32,000 nucleotides of DNA from the NCBI GenBank assembly GCA_016840465.1, contig JAEOSH010000001.1:1-32000 (forward strand), written 5' to 3'. The stretch's first letter is position 1; every line of letters starts with the position of its first letter. Position numbers and translations under genes: made by a program. The notes beneath the pieces are model-generated. The model searched no databases, was not told the origin of the DNA, and saw only the letters and a program-made list of their open reading frames with translations. This DNA is from Candidatus Baldrarchaeum yapensis. GTDB lineage: Archaea; Asgardarchaeota; Baldrarchaeia; Baldrarchaeales; Baldrarchaeaceae. Of this stretch, positions 26,297 through 32,000 are shown one piece after another.

Positions 26297-27076
26297 CTAC
26301 GTGAGATCTCCACATGTACAGAAAGCCTCGTGTATGAGATCATAAAGCTCAGGGAAGCCGATCATCTTCAATGCGGAAACTTTAACGATCCTGATTGCGC
26401 CGCTCATACTAGATATTGCATCTGTCAGCATTGCAGCCATATCGGATATGACGCCGTCTCCCTCTTTCATCAAAACTTCAGAGAGGTAGTCCACATCTAT
26501 AAGAAGTTTATCGATGTCGCTTCTTGAGCAAATGTCACTCTTGTTCAGAACTATTATCGTTGGAATTTCAAGTCTCAATGTTGCAGAGAGACCCATCAAC
26601 CTCGCCACTACGAGATCCGCTGCGCGCCGTGCAAATTTCGCATCTAGTATGAATACCGAAATTACTCTTCCCATCTGGCTTAGTCTCTTTATGACTTCTG
26701 GTCCTGACTCATGAAATATGAATACCTCCATTTGTCCAGGTGTGTCCACTACTACAATTTCGCCACTCACTCTTGCTATTTGGTTAATTATTTCATCGAT
26801 CTTCTCCAACATGAGTTCTGATGCTCTGATCATTGCGGCGTTTGGACCTATTTTTTCCCTGATCATTATGTCTCTGCATGTGAACATGCTCCTTATATCA
26901 AAGTCGGGTTTATAGGGCAAGTACTCACATCCGGGATCTAAATTTACATAGGTGACCTTATAATTGAACGCCTCCTCAAGCCATCTACCGAAGGATGCCG
27001 TGAGTGTTGATTTCCCAGATCCTGCCGGCCCGGTGAAAATTATGAAGAGTCTATTCGCATATTCATCCGTGTTCAT
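26297..27076 (-). CDS. GPN-loop GTPase (archaeal PAB0955/XAB1-like)
   Basis: GPAGSGKST, NLDPG, IGPNAAM (GPN), DTPGQME, LNKSD, VSA; C-terminal CTCGDLT. ATG 27076 follows GGAGG. Confidence 0.95.
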   Translation of the reverse strand: MNTDEYANRLFIIFTGPAGSGKSTLTASFGRWLEEAFNYKVTYVNLDPGCEYLPYKPDFDIRSMFTCRDIMIREKIGPNAAMIRASELMLEKIDEIINQIARVSGEIVVVDTPGQMEVFIFHESGPEVIKRLSQMGRVISVFILDAKFARRAADLVVARLMGLSATLRLEIPTIIVLNKSDICSRSDIDKLLIDVDYLSEVLMKEGDGVISDMAAMLTDAISSMSGAIRIVKVSALKMIGFPELYDLIHEAFCTCGDLT

Positions 27077-27148
27077 GGTGCCTCCCTCCATAACAATAAT
27101 TAAAAATACACCAATTTTTCTCCATTCTGATACTAACAGGTGATGATA

Positions 27149-27454
27149 ATGAGCGGTGCACACACTGGAGCTAGTAGTGAAGAGTTCAAGGTTGCACTCA
27201 GAGGAGTCATTGTGAATTACAGAAGAGGAAGACACACCCAGAAAAATACTCACGTACTAATCAAGGTGCCAGGAATCGATAGCAGTAAGGAGGCTGCAAG
27301 ACTAATAGGGCGAAGAGTCTTATGGATCTCCGAGAGCGGAAAGAGGATCAAGGGTAAAATTGTCGATATTCATGGGAACAATGGAGTGGTTCGGGCGCGT
27401 ATGGAAAAGGGGGTTCCCGGACAGGCTTTGGGAACAGAAATACTGATATTATAG
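27149..27454 (+). CDS. rpl35ae: 50S ribosomal protein L35Ae (eL33)
   Basis: GVIVNYRRGRHTQ, LIKVPGIDS, GRRVLW, GKIVDIHGNNGVVRARM..GVPGQALG; GGTGA SD before ATG 27149. Confidence 0.96.
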   Translation: MSGAHTGASSEEFKVALRGVIVNYRRGRHTQKNTHVLIKVPGIDSSKEAARLIGRRVLWISESGKRIKGKIVDIHGNNGVVRARMEKGVPGQALGTEILIL

Positions 27455-27522
27455 TTCATGTGTCAGGAGACCTTCGCCTCATCATCTTCTCAGGTCGGCT
27501 CTTCCTACATCATCCACATGAA
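27455..27522 (-). ncRNA. Archaeal box C/D guide sRNA (sRNA-2)
   Basis: Minus strand: UUCAUGUG-G-AUGAUGU-AGGAAGAGCCGAC-CUGA-GAAG-AUGAUGA-GGCGAAGGUCUC-CUGA-CACAUGAA. Perfect 8-bp terminal stem, all four boxes, 12-13-nt guides; D' guide complementary to the 23S sequence GUCGGCUCUUCC. Confidence 0.93.
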
Positions 27523-27531
27523 TTTTTCACG

Positions 27532-27548
27532 GAAAATAGGTTTAAATA
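27532..27548. promoter_or_regulatory. BRE/TATA element between sRNA-2 and the ASCH-2 operon, possibly bidirectional
   Basis: GAAAATAGG-TTTAAATA on +, 27 nt before GTG 27575; the same bases read TATTTAAA on -, about 19 nt before sRNA-2. Confidence 0.55.
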
Positions 27549-27574
27549 TTATGTGATACCGGGCGTGATGATCC

Positions 27575-27964
27575 GTGGTCAAAATTTTGGACTTCGACCC
27601 CATTTTTGTCAAGCAGATACTTGAGAAGAAAAAGACAACAACAATAAGGAAAGGTATTAAGGACTTCAAAGAGGGAGATAGGGTCTATATAATGTCTCAG
27701 GGGAAAATATTCGCTGAGGCGGAGATTACAAAGGTGGAGGTTAAACAACTGTTCAAACTGACAGACGAGGATGCAAAAAGAGACGGTTTTTTGAACGTTG
27801 AAGAACTGATAAATGGTTTAAAGAAATACTATGAATCTGTAAAGCCTGATGATGTTTTTACGATAATACATTTCAACATCATTGCCACGTTTCTCAGCCC
27901 CGAGGAGGTACTTCAAACAAATGATGAAGAGAAGGAAAAACGTAACACTAGTAATAGCGAATAA
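27575..27964 (+). CDS. ASCH-domain protein (ASCH-2)
   Basis: LDFDPIFVKQILEKKKTTTIRKG, GDRVYI, LTDEDAKRDGF..EELINGLKKYY. Confidence 0.92.
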   Translation: MVKILDFDPIFVKQILEKKKTTTIRKGIKDFKEGDRVYIMSQGKIFAEAEITKVEVKQLFKLTDEDAKRDGFLNVEELINGLKKYYESVKPDDVFTIIHFNIIATFLSPEEVLQTNDEEKEKRNTSNSE

Positions 27965-28043
27965 AAGGCTTCAAATTCCTTCTAAATTTGTTCTTTCGAT
28001 TCTGCATTGCAGGAATAATGATTACATATTTTTTGTCCATAAA

Positions 28044-28565
28044 ATGATAGTGCTACTTACGAGTAGTATCAGGGTGCGTGTTTTGGATTGCAATAGAATG
28101 TTGCGTGAACTTTTAATTCGAAGAAACATCACTGACTTGGGACTTGAAGAGAGTATTGTTTATGCCAATCTGACGATTTCTAGAATATTGAGCGAAGAGA
28201 AATTATTCAGAGAACTGGAAAGGGTCATGAGCCAAAGACAGAGCGCTGAAGAGGTTCTCTTCATACTCCACTTCAGCACATTAATAGAGAGGCTTCATAA
28301 GAAACTTAAAGAGGCGGAGAAAATAATCAAGGACTTCTTCAACATAATTCCTTTAATGGTTTCTGACACAAGACCTATTGTCCTCGTTGAGAAAATGTTC
28401 GAGGGATTCTACCCGATGCAATGCATTACGAGAAGAGAACTTGAAGAGGTTTCTGATGTAAAGGTTAAATTTCTGCCATATAGAATATTGGAAGTGAACG
28501 GATTTAGGACGGACTACGACAACGCTGGTGAAACAATTGCCCTATGTAGACTTGAGGATAATTAA
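28044..28565 (+). CDS. Hypothetical protein (about 173 aa)
   Basis: Open frame between ASCH-2 and pyrC with protein-like composition. ATG 28044 preferred because 27882 overlaps ASCH-2. Confidence 0.65.
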   Translation: MIVLLTSSIRVRVLDCNRMLRELLIRRNITDLGLEESIVYANLTISRILSEEKLFRELERVMSQRQSAEEVLFILHFSTLIERLHKKLKEAEKIIKDFFNIIPLMVSDTRPIVLVEKMFEGFYPMQCITRRELEEVSDVKVKFLPYRILEVNGFRTDYDNAGETIALCRLEDN

Positions 28566-29877
28566 TGCTCATATTCTGATCGGCGATAAAATAGTCGACG
28601 GAGGAGTCTCGATAAACGGCGGAAAAATAGCGAAAGTTGGAAAGGAACCAAATCTTCAACCTGCAGAGATCACGTTGGACGCTGAAGGTATGCTTCTTCT
28701 TCCCGGCGCTATAGATGCTCATGTTCATCTTCGGGACTTCGAACTTTCCTACAAGGAGGATATCATATCCGGTACGTGTGCAGCCGCACATGGAGGAGTT
28801 ACCACGGTCTTAGATATGCCAAACACAAAGCCTCCACTGACAACGCCGGGGAGGGTGCGTAAACGTATAGACCTTATAAAGAGGAAAGCTCTTGTCAACG
28901 TAGGAATATTTGCAGGCTTCCCTAGGGATTTATCTTCGATTCATGAGTTTGCGACGATGGGAGTCGTTGGAATAAAAGTTTATCTAAATCATCCATTAGA
29001 AGGAGAAGACATTGGAAATCTTGAAGTTATTAAGGCCTTATTTTCACATGCCGCGTTATGTGGGATTCTCATTGCAGTACACCCCGAAGATTTCATAATT
29101 CTTGAGAAGAACAGCGAGAAATATAGTGATATAAGCGACGATCTGGAAAGATTTTTATTAGTACATAGTAAAGACGCAGAGATATCAGCGATCAAGAAAT
29201 GTGTGAAAATATGCGCCAAGACAGGAGTTCATCTTCACTTTTGCCATGTTTCTAGCGCTGAGGGGATTACTGAAATAAAGCGAGTTAAAGACAAAATAAG
29301 GGTAAGCGCTGAGGTCACCCCTCATCACCTGTTTTTAAACAAAAAGGCCTACGAAAAATGGGGAGCTATTGCAAAGACAGTTCCACCTCTCCGTGATAAA
29401 AGAGATAACATCGAGTTACTAAGGGCTATCGCCTCCAAAATAGCAGATATAATTGCAAGTGATCATGCCCCTCATACACTTGAGGAGAAAAACTTGCCAT
29501 TTGAAGAGGCGGCTGCGGGGATTCCTTCACTCGACATATTTTATCCACTAATTCTAACGTATTGCGAAAAACTCGGTCTATCATATGTTAAGGTCATAGA
29601 TTCCGTGACTCGACGGCCCGCGAAGATATTTGGCCTTTCGAACAAGGGCATCATAGGAAGTGGGTATGATGCGGACATAGTATTACTTGATAAAAATGCG
29701 GAGCGTAGGGTCAGACCGGAAAATTTCTTCTCTAAGGCGAAATATTCTCCATTTGAAGGCAGTATCTTGCGATGGATTCCAAAGGTCACAATTGTCAACG
29801 GCAAAATAGTTTTTGAAGGTGAAGATATCGTAGGATCTCCTGGTACGGGGGCGTATTGTAGGTGTTATAGGCAATGA
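28528..29877 (+). CDS. pyrC: Dihydroorotase (class I, multifunctional-complex type)
   Basis: PGAIDAHVHLRD (HxH plus substrate Arg), DMPNT, GIKVY, HPED, HFCHVS, EVTPHHL, PPLR, SDHAPH, GIP, DADIV. Confidence 0.88.
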   Translation: MKQLPYVDLRIINAHILIGDKIVDGGVSINGGKIAKVGKEPNLQPAEITLDAEGMLLLPGAIDAHVHLRDFELSYKEDIISGTCAAAHGGVTTVLDMPNTKPPLTTPGRVRKRIDLIKRKALVNVGIFAGFPRDLSSIHEFATMGVVGIKVYLNHPLEGEDIGNLEVIKALFSHAALCGILIAVHPEDFIILEKNSEKYSDISDDLERFLLVHSKDAEISAIKKCVKICAKTGVHLHFCHVSSAEGITEIKRVKDKIRVSAEVTPHHLFLNKKAYEKWGAIAKTVPPLRDKRDNIELLRAIASKIADIIASDHAPHTLEEKNLPFEEAAAGIPSLDIFYPLILTYCEKLGLSYVKVIDSVTRRPAKIFGLSNKGIIGSGYDADIVLLDKNAERRVRPENFFSKAKYSPFEGSILRWIPKVTIVNGKIVFEGEDIVGSPGTGAYCRCYRQ

Positions 29878-30386
29878 AATTTATCTGTGATAGTATGCTT
29901 GGCAGGCTTGCGCGCTGGCTTCGTTTGCTAGGTTGCGATGTAATATATGCCGGTACTGAGATTGATGATGACAAAATCCTGCAGATAGCAAAGAATGAGG
30001 GGAGAGTTATCCTAACCTCCGATGCTGAGTTGCATAGTAGAGCTCAGAAACTCGGTATACAATCTATTTTGTTGAGGAATTATGGCTTTGTCAATTTATT
30101 AGCCGAGGTTCTCGCGAGGTTCGAAATACCACCCGTTGTGGACCCCAATTGTTCTAGGTGTCCTTATTGTAACGGGGTTGTGGTGTACTTAAGGCGCGAG
30201 GACGTCAGTAAAATGCCTGATGTTCTAGACGTCTTAAGTCCTAACATTATAGAGGCGCATGAGGAGTTCTGGCGTTGTACTAAATGTGGGAAAATTTATT
30301 GGAAAGGGAGGATGTGGAGAAACATAAATAGAATACTTGAAAAAGTTAAAGAGGAAATGATGCGTATTAAGAAAAAGACCTCGTAG
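29874..30386 (+). CDS. Mut7-C RNase domain protein (PIN-like fold plus Zn ribbon; DUF82)
   Basis: KFICDSMLGRLARWLRLLGCD, GRVILTSD, SRCPYCNG, WRCTKCGKIYWKG; ATGA overlap with pyrC. Confidence 0.93.
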   Translation: MKFICDSMLGRLARWLRLLGCDVIYAGTEIDDDKILQIAKNEGRVILTSDAELHSRAQKLGIQSILLRNYGFVNLLAEVLARFEIPPVVDPNCSRCPYCNGVVVYLRREDVSKMPDVLDVLSPNIIEAHEEFWRCTKCGKIYWKGRMWRNINRILEKVKEEMMRIKKKTS

Positions 30387-30398
30387 AGGCGTTTCGTC

Positions 30399-31046
30399 AT
30401 GTTCATGTATAGTGATGAGGAAGGCGCGTACTTGGTCAAACTTGCGCGTAGGTCTATGGAGACCTACGTTGTAGAAAGAAGGAGAATAGACACGCCAAAG
30501 GACGCTCCTGAGAAATTATGGAAGAAAGCGGGAGCGTTCGTCACATTAAACAAAATCGTTGAACAAAGACCAAAGATAAGAACGGAACTTAGAGGATGTA
30601 TAGGAAGACCTTATCCCTTGCAACCACTAATAGAGGCGGTAATAGATTCTGCAATAGATTCCGCCGTTAACGATCCGAGGTTTCCGCCAGTAAGGCCAGA
30701 TGAGCTAGATGATATACTTGTGGAGGTGAGTGTTCTAACACCACCTGAGCTGATAAAGGTGTCAGATCCGAAGGAGTATCCTAAAAAGATAAAGATCGGA
30801 AGAGATGGACTCATTGTCGAGGGTGTGTATGAGGGTTATGTTTTAAGAGGACTATTATTACCTCAGGTTCCAGTAGAGTGGAATTGGGACGAGGAAACAT
30901 TTCTAAGCGAGTGTTGCTTGAAAGCCGGTTTACCACCAGACAGTTGGTTGACGCGCAATGTAAAGATTTACAAATTCCAAGCAGAGATTTTTGAAGAAGA
31001 AGAGCCGCGGGGGAAAGTGATAAGAAAGATCCTAGAGGAGCATTAA
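30399..31046 (+). CDS. AMMECR1-domain protein (TIGR00296/AmmeA-like)
   Basis: GAFVTL, LRGCIG, A..DPRFPPV, VEVSVLT, IGRDGLIV, GLLLPQV..EWNW, CLKAG, FQAEIF. Confidence 0.95.
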   Translation: MFMYSDEEGAYLVKLARRSMETYVVERRRIDTPKDAPEKLWKKAGAFVTLNKIVEQRPKIRTELRGCIGRPYPLQPLIEAVIDSAIDSAVNDPRFPPVRPDELDDILVEVSVLTPPELIKVSDPKEYPKKIKIGRDGLIVEGVYEGYVLRGLLLPQVPVEWNWDEETFLSECCLKAGLPPDSWLTRNVKIYKFQAEIFEEEEPRGKVIRKILEEH

Positions 31047-31050
31047 AGAA

Positions 31051-32000
31051 TTACGATTGGCTTTCTTCCAATATTTCCGAATCTCCAGGAACAGTTCGCT
31101 GCAAGTCCTCTATTGTTACGTACTTTGATGCTAGTTTTCTTTCCTCTTCCGGTAGCTTGTTCAATAACTTTCTTAGCAACATCCTGCAAATATCGTTTTT
31201 AGGAATTTTTCCGGGTATTAAAGTTATCCAGATATTTGTCTTTCTAGTAATTGCGGAAGGTGGACCATAAATTAGCATCCAAAATCCTTGATCCTTTACT
31301 AAACCCAGTGACAATTTCAGCGGAACATTACTGATGTAATTTCTCTTTCCTCTTACCATCACCGCCCCATGCTTTAAGTATTGGCCTGATGGCGGAGATA
31401 GTGATACCTGCTCTGCGTTTACCCAGTAAGCATCGATACTTCCGAATCCGATCTTCCATGCCTTAGAATATGATACAGCAAATTGTGCTGCCTCTAGGAT
31501 AGTACTTTCTGGAAGCTTTCTTCCACCCGTCTTTACTATTACGTGTGGTGCTCCCTCTATGTCCGCATGAACAAATATGTCCCCTTTTTCTAAGTATTTC
31601 CTGACAAGAGCTTCATTTTGCTTTGCGTCACGACCCGCAATTACTATAAATCCGTCAGAACTTTCAAACCATCTAAACTTCTCAAACCACTTCTTTGGAC
31701 GTGCTTTAATGATCTTCTCTTCTGCAATTTTCACCTCCAACTCTGCTTTCGTTTCCAATTGATTTAATTTCTCTTTAATTTCACTCATCGACTTCTTTAA
31801 TCCCTCGATTTTTTCAGAAAGTTTTTTCGCTTTCTCATAATATACTGATGCATTTTCGGGTACGGATTTTCTGATATCAATGGACACGTTTTCCCCATCC
31901 AGTACCAGTATAATCTTTGCCTCCTGAGGTCTTACGTCCTTTATGATAAGTGCGTCGGAGATTCCTCGCTTCTTTCCTTCCTCTATTCTTGAAATTATTT
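31051..32000 (-). CDS. rqcH: NFACT / Rqc2-NEMF-RqcH ribosome quality-control protein, C-terminal part (5' end outside the window)
   Basis: ENASVYYEKAKK, WFEKFRWF.SSDGFIVIAGRDAKQNEALVRKYL, HADIEGAP, YSKAW, SPPSGQYL..G. The frame stays open from 31887 to the window end (IISRIEEGKKRG...). Confidence 0.93.
   Translation of the reverse strand, partial: IISRIEEGKKRGISDALIIKDVRPQEAKIILVLDGENVSIDIRKSVPENASVYYEKAKKLSEKIEGLKKSMSEIKEKLNQLETKAELEVKIAEEKIIKARPKKWFEKFRWFESSDGFIVIAGRDAKQNEALVRKYLEKGDIFVHADIEGAPHVIVKTGGRKLPESTILEAAQFAVSYSKAWKIGFGSIDAYWVNAEQVSLSPPSGQYLKHGAVMVRGKRNYISNVPLKLSLGLVKDQGFWMLIYGPPSAITRKTNIWITLIPGKIPKNDICRMLLRKLLNKLPEEERKLASKYVTIEDLQRTVPGDSEILEESQS

Noticed and set aside
27077-27253. 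59-aa N-terminal extension of the GPN GTPase
   Set aside because: It would overlap the divergent rpl35ae gene, and ATG 27076 has a GGAGG SD and matches the family start.
27455-27522. Idea that sRNA-2 guides TmcA acetylation, like eukaryotic U13/snR4/snR45
   Set aside because: It has ordinary 12-13-nt guides abutting D and D' boxes, as expected for methylation. Proximity to tmcA (1.7 kb) is the only link.
28528-29877. Alternative call as allantoinase or dihydropyrimidinase for modified-base catabolism
   Set aside because: HxHLR, MPNT and DHAPH substrate-binding residues of dihydroorotase are all present, so pyrC is the simpler call.
206-31762. Numerous 60-170 aa antisense or out-of-frame ORFs in the track (e.g. 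206-496, 2465-2851, 7628-8149, 11346-11834, 18073-18522, 23760-24122)
   Set aside because: All lie inside well-supported genes, mostly on the opposite strand, with Ser/Phe/Ile-rich shadow composition and no motifs.
1-32000. Mobile elements, CRISPR arrays, tRNA or rRNA genes
   Set aside because: No transposase or integrase motifs, spaced repeats, cloverleafs or rRNA-like tracts were seen by eye. The rRNA-matching 12-mer at 27494-27505 is a guide, not an rRNA fragment.

Overview
Densely packed archaeal chromosomal window with about 34 CDS. The host is a thermophile or hyperthermophile (intact reverse gyrase). Gene content (TIP49/RuvB-like ATPase, GPN-loop GTPase, L35Ae, Rpn11-like JAMM protein, EndA with a crenarchaeal-type loop, TmcA/Nat10, Rqc2/NEMF) points to a TACK or Asgard-type lineage; this placement is inference. 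Bases 1-19 are a Nextera/Tn5 adapter, so the left edge is a contig end with library contamination. No CRISPR array, tRNA, rRNA or transposase was seen. Main points: (i) two textbook C/D-box guide sRNAs hidden in intergenic gaps and absent from the ORF track, at 1420-1475 (+) and 27455-27522 (-); the second has a 12-nt guide complementary to the 23S peptidyl-transferase loop; (ii) a four-gene redox operon (nitroreductase, V4R/ATC-hydrolase-like protein, VAO/PCMH-type flavoprotein, HdrD/GlpC-like Fe-S protein) that may be an anaerobic phenolic-oxidation module rather than the usual GlcD-HdrD pair; (iii) tmcA (ac4C writer) overlapping an ASCH gene that keeps the YqfB ac4C-amidohydrolase residues, with a second ASCH gene nearby; (iv) a tail-anchored Rpn11-like JAMM protease in an operon with two tandem COG1665-like nucleotidyltransferases and gltX. 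All family assignments come from motif recognition by eye, not from database searches.
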